The notes under the pieces: model-generated
Seen by the model: the letters and a program-made list of their open reading frames with translations, nothing else
The model's database searches: none
Told to the model about the DNA's origin: nothing
Assembly: GCA_051362555.1 (NCBI GenBank)
Contig: CM120643.1
Span: forward strand, 14,172,644-14,236,643
Direction of reading: 5' to 3'
Length of the DNA: 64,000 nucleotides
DNA from: Lingula anatina
Lineage: Eukaryota > Animalia > Brachiopoda
Position numbers and translations under genes: made by a program
In this document: piece after piece, positions 1 to 13,540 of the stretch
Layout of the letters: each line of letters starts with the position of its first letter
How positions within the stretch are numbered: the first letter of the stretch is position 1

Positions 1-295
1 GTCGAGTGAGATAAAAAAACAACAAATATATAAGAGAAGCCCAAGAAATGCAACTATCCAATTGTGTTGAATTTTTATATTGAATTTTGAATAATTTATA
101 TTGGATAGCTAGAATAAAAGATTGATTCGCAAAAGAAAAATGAAAGCAAAACTCCATAAGGTGAATTAATGCTATACTTGAGAGTGTATGGGCTTAAGGG
201 GGCTCCCACTGGCTTTGAACCGCTAGTATATTTATTTGGTCTTGTGCTTTTGCGTTTTTGTAATTAGACTCGAACCGGTTAGTCCTCGTTTCAAA

Positions 296-602
296 GGCCG
301 CATTCAGAACAGATGAACCTCGGACTAATTGTTCCCTGGATCAAATATGACTGACCCACTTGAAATAGATGTCGCTATTCCCTAATGGTCTCCCCGCCTA
401 CCATAAGCACCAGGCCTGCAGGGGCCTAGCAATTCAACAGATTGAATCTCTGCTCCGAGGTTTAATTGCTAGGCCCTGCAGGGATGGCGCGTGAAGATGG
501 CGAGACCATTAGGGGATTAGGTGGCATTGCTTTTAAGTAGGGTCGGCCATATTTAGTCCGAGGATCTGTGAGTCAGCGGATGAACTTGTTCTGAATGCGC
601 TC
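296..602. mobile_element. Non-autonomous inverted-repeat element (MITE), PIF/Harbinger-like family A
   Basis: Termini GCATTCAGAACAGATGAA...TTGTTCTGAATGCGC are inverted; internal palindromic structure; same family as 28155-28445, which has a TTA duplication. Confidence 0.75.
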
Positions 603-2576
603 AATGCAACCAAAAATTAATCTTAATGTGTAGAAGAGATCACGGGAGTCCTGCCACTGGCTGTTAGTGGTCAGGACCATGGCTCCGTATCTCGAAAGGT
701 TCGCTATGTTGCGCACGTGCGCAAGCGTCTCGATTCCATAACTCGCCCATACTCGTCCCATGTAATACATTGTAGACTCTATTTGATATAGCGATTCGCA
801 ATACGCGATGCTTTCGAGATATGGGGCCCATTTCAGACTTAACGTCACTCACTGTATGGCCACTTCAAAGCTCCCAACACTCAGACCGGAGTTAAAGTTT
901 GAACTGACACACATATTTAAAGTACAAAATTGAACTTCAGTTCTTATATGTCGCACTACAAATATGTTTTTTTCCGGGCGGTTTGCATTGGACGCCGGGT
1001 CATTTCTGTTCCAAGATACAACGTACAGACTGGATGTTAACGCACTCGCCTCCCTGGGGAGAATATTTAAAAGTACTATCTAAAGAGACCAGCTGGGTTT
1101 AGACGCAATTTTCTCTCTTTCTTTCTTTCAATTATTAATTAATTAATAATTATTCTTTTACAAAAATGTTCGACTAACAGTGAGGAGAAGAGCACTAAAT
1201 AGCCAGAGGAATATCTGTGAATGCCTAGTGAAAATGTAATGTTAGTAATTGACAGCCATGAGTAAATAAGGAGCGGGGAGTGTTTTGTAGAGTAACTGAG
1301 TTGATTGGCATGCTCTAATGATACTTATACAACTGAAATGTAAACGGAGAGAAAGCCGCTAGAGAAAGCATGAGGTAAAAATAGAAATGGAAAGAAAGCG
1401 GTGCGGGGACCAAATAGAAAGTAGTTAATAAATAATGTGAAAGATTATAACAGAGTTTAATTTACTACCTCGCGTAACAATAAAAGATAAGACAACAACT
1501 TCATGACAAAAATCCTTCTCTGTGATTCTGGTACAGGGTATGCAGAAGAGATTAGTCGAGTACAGTTGTATATGGGTCGATGAAAAACGTTGCTTAATTG
1601 CAAAATCTAATGCAAAACAAATCGTTCATTATTAATGTTAGGGACAATTAGAATCACATCTGATGACAATCATGAAAGGAGAAGAGGACAGATATTGACA
1701 AATGCCTGAGAAACGGCATATGGCGTTTGCTTACACGTGAACTTTGGCTATTTAATATTTATTTCACTTGCAATCCTTGTGTTTAACGGTGTTTACAGTA
1801 ACTCTGCGGATCCTCGTAACTAAAATTAAATTAAATATTGTTTTATTTTTCTACAAACATTGTTTTCATTTTCCTAAATTATACGTATCTCAACTTACGG
1901 TGCAAGGACTTACATACAAATGAACTGATAAAAATGGTGTCCTCGGACTTTGGGTGGTTTAATCTGCGATTGCGGTTTTTTGAATGGTTGTTGTTTTCGA
2001 TTTCTGGTTAAAATACAACTATTTAGCGCCTGTAAGAACTCAATTCCGTGTAGCATGCCTGTGCCCACAGCTCCCCCCCCCCCACACACACACACACATG
2101 CGCACCTTTGCTAAAATCAACAATAAAACCATAAATTCTATCCTTTTGATCAAAGGCTGGAAAGGACGTATCATTAAATAATGCACGGACTAGTCCATTG
2201 CAACATTTCAACATTTATTGTTCATATTTTTCAAAGTGAAACGATTCCAAAAAGAAAATGATACTTCATGCCGTAACGTTCATAAAATATTAAAAAGCTG
2301 CCCTTGACAAACATTTGTTCGCTTTTAATTGCTATCGAACTATTCTGGCACAAGGGGCTTCTCTGTCCGCATGTAATTGTCTTCAACGTCAAATAAAGAC
2401 GGAGACACGGCACCCCAGTAAGTTTGTGAATATTATTGACTTAGATAATGTCATTTTTATCAATAAATTATGAAAGGAGAAATAATCATGGCAGATTGAT
2501 TTAGGTATAGCTGAAATGCACGCTCTCGTCCACGTGCATGCGCTCGTCGACGTGCAGTTACACCCTCCTAGAACAG

Positions 2577-2579
<3 letters not shown>

Positions 2580-2619
<40 letters not shown>
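2580..2619. repeat. (GA)n microsatellite, probably in the non-coding first exon of the Kv gene
   Basis: Pure GA run; a candidate donor CTG|GTAAGG follows at ~2671 and an acceptor TTTCAG|G lies at 3250, upstream of the Kv ATG. Confidence 0.8.
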
Positions 2620-2620
<1 letters not shown>

Positions 2621-3311
2621 AACAATCATGCAACCCGTGCTGGTACGTGCATTCCTGATATTTCGCATCTGGTAAGGTTTTAATCTGTTATTTTAGAAAT
2701 CTCAATGTGGAATACGTCATCAAAGAACAAAGATAAAATAAACGTACAATTACCTGTAGACTTTAAAAAGACTTTAATTTGAAAAAATGCAGGGTGTGCT
2801 GTTTTGATTAAATAATTTCTGCGAACAAACCAAGTATTCAACGTCGGGAAATTTGGCAAAGGATCTGGTCCCTTGTTATAATTTTCCATTAAAAAACAAG
2901 ATAAATAACATTATATTAAAACTTTTACATATACGTAATAAAACTATTCGCGAAGTACATGGAATCGAATGCTTAAATGACTATTGGAATGGGAAAAATA
3001 ATACAGTTAGAATAGCGATTTAAGAAAAAAAAAGGTTTGTTACCGAAAAAAAAATGAAATATGATAAATTTGTTTTCATAATCTTTGATTTTAAATCGAA
3101 TAATGTAGATATTCATTGTAATTACTTTTATGTAAACCAACTAAAAAGGGCTGTCACGTTTGCGATCATGAAAATGTGCCCTCCTTGACCCACATTCCAT
3201 AAGACAGTGTTGCCAACTTGTTATTACATTTTCCCCGGTCCACATTTCAGGTTTTTTTAATGGGTATTTGACGCTATACCAACCCAGCACCGTGACAACG
3301 AAAAAAGGGAC

Positions 3312-5271
3312 ATGTTCCAAGCAAAGAATCCGATTGTGTCAACGGATAATTTAAAGGGACAGTCAACTGACGATAACATGATTGTCATCGATGTCGGGGG
3401 TAAAGTGTTCCGGATGTCGCTTACAACCATCTTGGATTCCCGGCACTCTGACACCACCTTGGCAAGGGCAGTGTTAAACAACACTAACTACGACGCGATC
3501 ACCAAGCAATATCACTTTGATCGTAACCCCAAAGTTTTCAATTATGTCCTGGACTATTACCGCTCTGGTGAACTGCACGCTCCGCTCGGCGTTTGCGGGG
3601 AGTTTGTGCGTCAGGAACTCGTGTTTTGGGGGATTCCGGGGAAAGCTGTTTCCCCATGCTGTGCTCACAAATTGGGGCAATATAAGCGCAGACTCCAGGA
3701 GAAAACGGCGATCGAAAAGGAGTTTAGTCGGAGGTCTGTCGATGACGTATGGCCGGTTGATGGAGAGGAAACTGGAGGATGTTGCTGCTCCGACAGAACA
3801 AAAAGAAAGCTGTGGCTGTTCTTGAACAAACCAAGATCCAGCAAAGCGGCCATGGTATGGTTGATTTCACTCTGATCTGTCATGTGAAACTGTAATTCTT
3901 TCTTCCTCTCAAAATGACCACGGCACATTTTGAGAGTAACTTCTTTGAGAATTTTTGTGTATTTTGTTATTTAACTTAATTTTCAAAAGAACGCCGCTCA
4001 ATATTATCAGCAACTCTTGTGCATAAGCAAAACACACCTTTTTTTATTACGAAGTTGTTATTTCTACTCAATTTCCACCAGAGAAAAGGTGTCTCGTTGC
4101 TAAAACACTTTTCTTGTAGATATACCTGTCGTATAAGCTTCAATTTCACCTTCTTCACGACATTAAATTTGTAATATTTGTAATGTTTGCCTATCTGTAT
4201 TGCAAAGTTTCTGTTTGAACGACATCATTTGAATTTTTTATGAGCTTCGAGCATTACACAGAAAAAGTACAGAAATTCAATAAATTAAGGTCTAATTGTA
4301 ATTAAATTGTCCATGAGGTAGTCTCCGTTTCATTTCAGGTGTTTTTTCTGGTGTTATTTTCACTCATAATTTTGAGCATCGTCGTTATGATGATCAACAC
4401 CTCCCAGTCTCTGCGTCAGCCCTACACTACGAGGGAACATGTCATGACGAGGTTACAGAACTCCATCTCCGCGATGAATATCACCAATGAGAAGATAAGC
4501 ATGAGGATCACCACTACGGGACCCTTGTTTGCATTCGCTCTTGAATATATTTGTGTCGCATTTTTCACAGTAGAGTTTATTTTACGTCTGACCGCAGAGA
4601 GAAAGAAATGCGCCTTTCTCTGTTCGACTTATGCGATTTTGGACTTGCTGGCACTTATACCAAGTTACGTTGATCTCGTCGTAAAAGGAATTTTCTTCGC
4701 TGCAGCCTTGTATGAAAATTATACATATATAACGTTATTTTGGATAATTGAATTATTTTTAGTATTACGGATTTTGAGGTTATTTAGATTAGCCGAGTAT
4801 TACGACGGCTTGAGGGTTTTGTTGCTTTCTTTAAAAGCCAGCTGGAAGGAACTCGTACTTTTGGAGGCATTTTTAATGATAGGTATGTCGATATTTGGCT
4901 CCATTATATATTACGCGGAGATAATGGAAGAGAATGGATATTTCAGTGATATAATGATTGGCTGCTGGTGGGCCGTTATCACCATGACAACCGTGGGGTA
5001 TGGGGACACTCATCCCCAATCGTCTGCAGGTTACATAGTTGGCACTTTGGCAGCCACTTTTGGAATCATTTTGATGGGCTTGCCCATCGCAATCATTGCT
5101 AATAATTTCAGCAAATATTACGAGTTTATGGCCGAAAAAACGGAGAAGAGGAAAACCGGAAAAGAAGAAAAAACGCAAAAACATAGAGGAATTATTCAGG
5201 TGAAGGAGTTTCAAGTGAAGAATCAGTTAGATTCTTTTAAACACTCAAAAGTGAATCCTCAAAAATTTTGA
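3312..5271 (+). CDS. Voltage-gated potassium channel alpha subunit, Shaw/Kv3-like, divergent (~491 aa; exons 3312-3854, 4339-5271)
   Basis: T1 domain (IDVGG, FDRNP, VLDYYRSGELH) with the H-X5-C-X20-CC zinc motif of non-Shaker Kv channels; phase-0 intron ATG|GT...TTTCAG|GTG; six TM segments, S4 LRILRLFRL, pore WWAVITMTTVGYGD; AATAAA at ~5748 and 5761. Confidence 0.95.
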
Positions 5272-7250
5272 CTCGATTTCCCAACTGCTTACTTAGCTGT
5301 ATATCCATGCCAGGTCATCTGATTCACAAGTTTTGCCGAATCTGTTGTCAAGTGATGTTTCCTCTGACGATAACTACTCTTATATTTTGTTTTGGTGCGT
5401 GTATTTGCGGGTACATATAATTTGTGACTACGGATATTACATGTACATAGGGATGCAAATATGGTGTATTTTAGGCATTTATATGATCCATGATATATGG
5501 CGAAATATATCTATCAGTGCGTCAACGTCCAGCCTTAAGTTAAAACAATTTAAGACAAATAGTCGATCACCCCCCCCCCCCCCCCCCTTGGTCACCCCCT
5601 TCTCTCAGACACACCTTGTGATATCCCGATGCCTGTTTTAAGAGACGTCTAAGGTTTTTGGGCTTCACTGCCATCACTGCCGCCTTTTGTATTATATTTG
5701 TATTTACTGGTTGTTTCTTTGTACCAATATCAGTTTGTTTTAAGGCAAATAAACTATTCTAATAAATGTCACCATTAACAGTGAAAATAACTGTCATGAC
5801 CATTGCAAATTGCTCCCGGGGCTTAAAACCGAGGAACAAGGAAAGTTGAATTTTTAAATGTTTTATTTTTGTTGTTGTTGCGGTCTGTGACGGTCAGTTG
5901 TTCTGGAAACACTCCCTGGACCTGCCTGGTGATACAATGATACAATTCACAGACATGTCTACAGACAGCCAGGAAGTACTAATAAAATATTGCACACCGT
6001 GCGTAATAAACCCAGACAAGCAGGTGTGTCACATTTTTTCTTTACTTGTTTTCAGTAAACAATTTTTATAAAACGATTCATGCTGACCTTTGATGGTTCA
6101 GCGAAGCTGCACCCTAACTATCGGCTATTTTAACCAAACAATCAATCTTTATCGATTCAACACGTGTGTGACAAAGGCTATGGCCTAACAATTACATATG
6201 TTAATTTTGCACATTATGAAGGTTCATTCAAATACATTATACATCTGGTACATGTAGTACTCATAAGCAAATAAGAGATTACAGGACAAAATGCACATTC
6301 AAGAGAAAAAATATATACTGGCTCAAATTACACAGGTGTTCATTTGCATACAGGTGTGTTTGAGATAGGCTGGATGGGGAAAGAGGAGAGAATAGGCCGC
6401 GTGAGAGGGTCATACACTGCATTTAAAATACACTGAAAATATAAGGGCCTTCTTTAACTTGTATCCACTCGTGATTTTATTGAGTCATAAGAAGAAATGA
6501 CATAAGTTGCTCGACTCCGAGATCGAAACAGATAGGATGTTGGCAGAACTAGATGTACCGCGCCAGTTCTCACGGCATATGAGGTTTGAAATATTTGGCA
6601 ATCGCAAAACATTCTCAACAGGGAAGCTTTAAAAGTAAATAGAGCATGAGGACTTTATTGTTCGTAAATTAAGGCAAACGGGGAAGTTTTTAAAGTAAAC
6701 AAAATATGCTGGCACGGTGAACAGGTCAACAGTGCATTGTACGAGAATTAACAAAAGGGAAAAGGCTGCGCAAATCTTTAATATGGAGATGGATGTAAAT
6801 TGTACATGTTCGAGGGGCGGTTAACAAAACTAATGAGCTCACAGTTGATTGCTTTATTAACAGCGTCAGCCAATAATTCAACATAACATTTCAAACGGAA
6901 GCCACCAAAATTGAATTGCAACTGACATATTTCCACGCTAGAACACAATTTTATTCAGTGGCAACGGAGAATATATGAATCTGGTACTATATCCTCTCGG
7001 GGTCCTGCTGACACAAATCTTCTCTAAAGCAATTGTGTCGCGGGCATTTAAAGCATGCAGTGTGCGTTCATCTATAGACCCATTCCCTACCCTCGATATT
7101 AGGGGGCCACTAAAAAACTATACAAAATCAGGCTATGCATTTTTGTAACAGACTACCAGCGCACCCTACGGTCACAGAGTACCCATTTTCAAGCTTCAAA
7201 GCCCTAACTTTAAATGTCACTAGTAAAATTCATTTCTTGAGAGGGGCTAA

Positions 7251-7545
7251 GACTGCGTTCCCATAAACCCAGCGTACAAGCTGGATCGATTTAACTCTGC
7301 GGGACTTCTCGCTAGAGTGCTTTCGGTTTTATGAGCTTAATTGTCTGGCACGCCCCCTTGAGAAACTAGGGTGTAATTGACTATCGTTAATTACCACATA
7401 AGAGCTAGATTAGGCGTGCCAGACACTAAGCTACTCAAGGAGGCATGTCAGGCAATTGAGCTGATTACAGTGATTGCACTTTAGTGAGAATCCCTGCAGA
7501 GTTGGATCGATCCAGCTAGCACGATGAGTTTATCTGAACGCTTCC
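7251..7545. mobile_element. MITE, PIF/Harbinger-like family B
   Basis: Imperfect TIRs GACTGCGTTCCCATAAAC...GTTTATCTGAACGCTTCC flanked by TAA on both sides (7248-7250, 7546-7548). A truncated copy starts at 37204 and a more distant relative lies at ~62253-62523. Confidence 0.75.
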
Positions 7546-7618
7546 TAAGTCAGCATGCCTGGCCTTGGCAAGAAGTATAGACCCCCCCCGCCTCAGAAAA
7601 CGAAAAAAGTAAAAATAT

Positions 7619-8541
7619 TATAACACGGTAGTGTTATACAATTTGTCTCTGCCTTTAAATCACATTTTCAATCACGGAAGAGAAACCAAAATTAGAAACA
7701 AAAATCTCAGTAGAGTAATTTATTTAAGTAATTGAAGATACACCCCTTTCAGATGACAGAAAATGGAAACCCGGTGCCGACTCTAGAATTGTAGAAATAC
7801 TTTGGCCTCATTATAGTCATTTCGCTCTTTTGATCTCTTCCACCAAAAACAGTCACTACACCTGGGGAAATTTCAGTTGAGGCCATTCCCAGGTCCGAGC
7901 GTTATGTAACCTTCACGGTAGTGTTATACAATTTGTCTCTGCCTTTAAATCACATTTTCAATCACGGAAGAGAAACCAAAATTAGAAACAAAAATCTCAG
8001 TAGAGTAATTTATAGGAATAATAAAGGAACTAAAGGTAACATACGTGATTAATAGGAAGTATGAGAAAACTAAATACAGGGACTATATTACATTCCATAG
8101 TAGCCCTGAACACGGATATGTTCTCCGGGTAGGAAGGTTACATAACGCTCGGACCTGGGAATGGCCTCAACTGAAATTTCCCCAGGTGTAGTGAATTACT
8201 TAAATAAATTACTCTACTGAGATTTTTGTTTCTAATTTTGGTTTCTCTTCCGTGATTGAAAATGTGATTTAAAGGCAGAGACAAATTGTATAACACTACC
8301 GTATATAACACGATTTATATGATATAACACGGTAGTAATTTATTTAAGTAATTGAAGATACACCCCTTTCAGATGACAGAAAATGGAAACCCGGTGCCGA
8401 CTCTAGAATTGTAGAAATACTTTGGCCTCATTATAGTCATTTCGCTCTTTTGATCTCTTCCACCAAAAACAGTCACTACACCTGGGGAAATTTCAGTTGA
8501 GGCCATTCCCAGGTCCGAGCGTTATGTAACCTTCACGGTAG
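7619..8541. repeat. Tandem and inverted near-identical duplications of the 5' half of the adjacent LTR-like unit
   Basis: A ~290-bp unit (CACGGTAGTGTTATACA...GTTATGTAACCTT) starts at 7624 and 8534, with partial copies from 7914 and 8335; ~8012-8302 is reverse-complement of the same sequences. Confidence 0.9.
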
Positions 8542-9180
8542 TGTTATACAATTTGTCTCTGCCTTTAAATCACATTTTCAATCACGGAAGAGAAACCAAA
8601 ATTAGAAACAAAAATCTCAGTAGAGTAATTTATTTAAGTAATTGAAGATACACCCCTTTCAGATGACAGAAAATGGAAACCCGGTGCCGACTCTAGAATT
8701 GTAGAAATACTTTGGCCTCATTATAGTCATTTCGCTCTTTTGATCTCTTCCACCAAAAACAGTCACTACACCTGGGGAAATTTCAGTTGAGGCCATTCCC
8801 AGGTCCGAGCGTTATGTAACCTTCCTACCCGGAGAACATATCCGTGTTCAGGGCTACTATGGAATGTAATATAGTCCCTGTATTTAGTTTTCTCATACTT
8901 CCTATTAATCACGTATGTTACCTTTAGTTCCTTTATTATTCCTATAAATTACACACATTTAGTAATAGTTATTGGGCACGCAGGACTTGGAACGATTCCC
9001 TATAAAATGAGGGCTTCTCAGTTAGTGAGAGAGAGACCCCGGGAGATCGTCGTGACTGTCCCTGCCTGCGTGCCAGATTGTAGCCCGTCAACAAGTAAAG
9101 ATCTTCATGAGATACCATTGATGTCTTCGGTGTTTTCAAGTTTGCTACCCGCTCACAATTAAGTAACCATCCGGGTTACA
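8542..9180 (+). mobile_element. Solo LTR-like unit, same family as 41860-42458
   Basis: TGTTA...GGTTACA termini, TATAAAA at 9001, colinear similarity along its length to 41860-42458 and, in its 3' part, to 37672-37879 and 46238-46442. The 5' boundary is uncertain (TGTAACC at 8815 is an alternative). Confidence 0.7.
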
Positions 9181-10323
9181 ATATAAAGTAAAATTCATAT
9201 CCTGTACACAGCACTACAGATGCGTCTCAGCAGCGCGGTTTACAGACGCCTGGTCTTTTTGACCCTGATACAATCTGAGTGTTGACGCCCTAGCCTCCCT
9301 GGGGAGGATACAGCCCCGCTGCAGTATGAGACTTTAAAAGCTAAATCCACGGCTGTCTCAACTTTATATCTACATCTAATTTTTACCATGTAAGGTAACC
9401 TTTGTTCCGGGAACGAATGTTCCGCTCCATATCATTAAAAATTTTATATATCGCTTTCCTATATATTTTGTAGTGATTCAGTCATAGTAAATCATATATG
9501 ACGTAACTTGGATGTTTTTTCAAATATTCAAACTGTAACTTAAGGGGCTTTGCGTCATGGCTAACGTGTGTTCCCCAGAAACATTGCCAGAAAGTTTAGT
9601 CTTGCCCAAGTACTTGGTGCAAAAGAAAACAGGGTTTTCTGTTGCTGAGTGAAAACTAAATTGTGATTCCATGATAGTTTGACATTTCTGATATAACATA
9701 TGGACCACGACGGAGTAGTTATTTTTAAATTAACATTTAAAGGTTTATTTTACTGTCAGGAGAGTGTAGTTTCCCTACTTTGATTATATTCAGTGACAAG
9801 CAAACTTAAGTCGTTCCAAAAACAATGAACTGTTCTATACAGAAGATCATCATAATTTTTACAATGTTAAACTTGAAGGAGAAAAATAAAAGAACCAAAC
9901 TAGTGATGATTGGGTTTTCAAAGTCGGGCGTTTTTCAATTGACAATAAGGTATGTTCCTTTTTGGGATTAAACGATGAATTAATAGACTGAAACTTTGAT
10001 ACAAACTTCTTAATGTGGGACCGTAAAATAATCAAACATAGTTTGTAATCTGTGCACTTCATATTTTAAGAGCATGCCTGTGAAATCAGTTGCACCTCTA
10101 TATTGGGTCTGGCTGGTCATCGTAAGTGTACAAGCAGTGAATATCGGCTTTCGTTGCCCGTAGCAATTCACGTTTATGGCCACGGTTACATAAGCTCACT
10201 ATAGCATTTTGTTTTTTTATTATTCTTGTGTACAACTGAAAGTGAACAAAGGAAAAAAAACTACTTCCAAAGCTGAGTGCAGCCGGCGAGTAGAAACTTT
10301 CAACCGAACTATCGCTTTTCACG

Positions 10324-11707
10324 ATGTTGGCCAACAGTTACCTTGCTGCACGTATCATCAAAACTACGACTGCCGCTGCGACCCTCGGTTTTCTGTGCTG
10401 TGTCTTATATATCTCCAAAGACCGTGGCTCATATTGGCCCGGCATTAACCTTTCAACCAGGAACGACCTTTCGGCATGGGCAACCGTCCCAAACTTTGTG
10501 CTTATGGTAAGGATGTTTTCAAAAAAGCTACCCCCCTATGATGGTATGCTTGTTGAGAGCATGCGCCTATTTTGGCCGGATGAGATCAAATTGGTTGTAG
10601 TACTGGACAACGAATCGCCGCAAGACCACATTGTAGGAGCTGAAATTGCCAAGCGCTATCCGTACCCGAGTGTCCATTTTGAAAATCCGGCCCCGCACAT
10701 TTATCGTAAAATGGGCTATCATCGGCAGCAGTGGTCCAACTTCTATCCCGAGAACTACACCGATGCCGAGTACGTTGGCATTGTTGACACAGACACCTTA
10801 TTTGTTACCATGGTAACACCAGAATTGCTCTTTGAAGATGGGAAACCAGTCGTCTTTGGGATAATCGGCAATTTCACGAGTTTCATCTTTCGACAAGCCG
10901 CTAAGTTTACGGAAAAATTATATGGAACTCCAGAAGTGATGCAGTGTATGACATATTTTCCTGTTGTAATTAAAGTGAAGCACATAATCGAACTTAGGCA
11001 CTATTTGGAGAAAAAATACCACAAATCTTTCGATGCTATATACAGAGATGATATTTACACCATAGACAAGTTTTCAGCCCACTTTCATTTCATGTGCCAG
11101 TATATATACCTTTTCCATCGTAACGAGTATAGATTTTATCTGCAGAGTCACCCACATGGAAATATCTCCGAAGAAGAGGGAAGTGGCGATGGTAAAGTGT
11201 CATTTAGTTACTACAAGGAACACTTCACTCCGGAAGAAATGCAGCCCTTTCCGCGGGTGGCAATACATGGTCGCTACCACACCCCGCCCTATAGTATATT
11301 AGGTATACTTATTATATTATAAATACATGTAGTACTGAGGGGGGAAGTTACTGTGCAAAACCGAGACTACGGTCAATAGAGAGAAAAAGGAGATGTTATA
11401 AAAAAAGTTATGGGTAAAATTTCATGGCTTAGCCACATATAAAAGGGCCAACTGAAACAATTTCCCGGGCATTCTCTTTGTGAGTATTTGCACCTATGTA
11501 CAAAATTTTAAAAACAGATTTTACGCAATTAGTTATTGTTTATGGGGAATGACTTAAAAGTGAAACTCTTTCGTTAATGTATAAATAGTTAAATAGTTAC
11601 AGAAACAAATGGCATGTTTTAACATGTTTTGGTTCAAAATGGAAAATAATTTAAAATGAATTTGTCTTTTTACTCAACCGAAACACATGGGACTAGATAT
11701 CAGATTT

Positions 11708-11752
<45 letters not shown>

Positions 11753-12274
11753 TTTTCTTCTCTCTCTCTCTCTCTCTCTCTCTCATACACACAAACAAAC
11801 ACACACACACACACACACACACGTATCAATCAGCGAAAACCTCTCGGCTTGGGCATCGGCCCCACCTTTTGTGCTTATGGTAACCACACACCCAGACAGA
11901 TTACTTTTCATGTCATTACACCATGTTAAGTGTCATTTCTTTCATTTTCACTTTTAGTTAACCAAAGTGGAAAGAAGAAACCTGACCCTGTGCACCTATC
12001 AAACCTGGCACTTATGGAAGGGCTATGCTATTCGGGAGGCTTTGATTCATGCCCTGTTGAATGCTCAAGCCTCAACCGGAGCAAACTCCATCTAGATCTG
12101 TTTAAGTTTTTTGATACTAATTGGAGCTGGGATCACCGTTGCATGGAAGTTCAGAGGAAACATTATTCCAATCTTGAAAGGCACAAAAAACTGTACGGGA
12201 ACAGCAAGGACCTCTGCCTGGGAGAAAACTGTTTCAAAGACGCTTGTCGACGTATATACAAGAAGTGTGTTTAG
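10324..12274 (+). CDS. Type II membrane glycosyltransferase-like protein, GT-A/DxD (DUF6492-like) (~431 aa; exons 10324-11302, 11958-12274)
   Basis: N-terminal signal anchor (AAATLGFLCCVLYI), LVVVLDNE strand, GYHRQQW...AEYVGIVDTDTLF DxD motif; phase-1 intron AG|GTATAC...TTTTAG| joins in frame to a Cys-rich C-terminal exon. Confidence 0.75.
11712..11822. repeat. Compound (CT)n/(CA)n microsatellite in the intron
   Basis: Directly visible dinucleotide runs. Confidence 0.95.
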
Positions 12275-13540
12275 TTTTAATGCTGAGATGAAAACAGAGA
12301 AGAAAATATACATATTCGAACATTTCAATATGTCAGTTATCGCATGTGTTGAATATACCGTGCTTTATCAATCTGCTGTTTGAATATAGCTACCATATAC
12401 CGGGTTTGTGGTTCAATTACTGGTATTTACTCCGGAATTGCAAAACTTGTAATAATTTACTCAACTGAACATGGTGGTTGTGAAATGAAATGATATTACT
12501 AACTGGTCTGTCACTTCAAGAAAAAAAACTTCCATTGAGTTTAGCTAGCGATGATTTCCAGAAATTCCGCCGAAACAAATAGTCAGGATTACGTCATGGT
12601 AAAACAGACACTAATGTATGTCGCATATAAATGTCAAAATATTTTCCCACGGGTATGTATGGTTTACGGATAAACATGTATTGCCCTGAAGCTGCAAGCT
12701 CTTATGGAATAGAACAAGGCTGGCGGGAATACATCCGTGCATTCTCGTATCCAAATAATTTGGCATATAGCATAGCAAACACAACTAACATATGTACAAT
12801 TTAGTCTGCAAGTGCCAGTGTCACAGGAACGGTAGTCCTAGCAATGGTAGTCCGGGCTCCCATATGATAAGTAAAGGTTAGGGTTAATTGGAGTATTGGG
12901 GTTTGTATATACGACGAATGTCATCTGCACAAAGTAATGGGAAGTATAGGGTTAGTATATAGGAAGAATGTCATCTTCACAAAGTAATGGGAAGCGGACA
13001 GCGTTTTCTAGCGGACTTCCATTCCTGTAACGCCGGCTACCTCCAGCATGTGCATTGGCATATTCTTTAGTTTCACATCACTTACCATAAACTAAATTTC
13101 CTTTATATCCTTGTTTTCACTTTCTCATTTTTATGGTCAGCGAAAAAACATTGACAAAGAATATCACCTTAAGGCGTCTGGCGGGAACAAAAATAAAGCC
13201 ATATGTATTAGCAATGCAATATCTTATTTTTTATTTTATATTGTTCAATGCTGCATACAACGTTTAGGGCTTTAGTCAAAAACATGCAACCAAGCAGTTC
13301 GAGGTGATATTCCGACCTTTTCAGAGTACAGTCAGGGACCATGAAATTCTAGATTGAAATACTGAACATTGCTGACAGAATCTTGCCCAAAGAAATGTTG
13401 GTGAAATAAAAATTATGATCCCACTGCTACACCAGATATAACTTTATTCTTTTTTGGTGGGCGGTTATTTAGACTTAACATAATGCTGAGAAAAACTTTG
13501 TTCTCATTTTCAACTTGGACATAATAACGAATCGTTATTA

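Noticed and set aside
975-1066. SINE-like similarity with 9232-9310 (GCCTCCCTGGGGAG)
   Set aside because: A dispersed repeat is likely, but no A/B boxes or boundaries could be defined.
11656-11929. ORFs rich in SL/HT/YI/CV repeats (also 16484, 56014, 59952, 62032)
   Set aside because: Translations of microsatellites.
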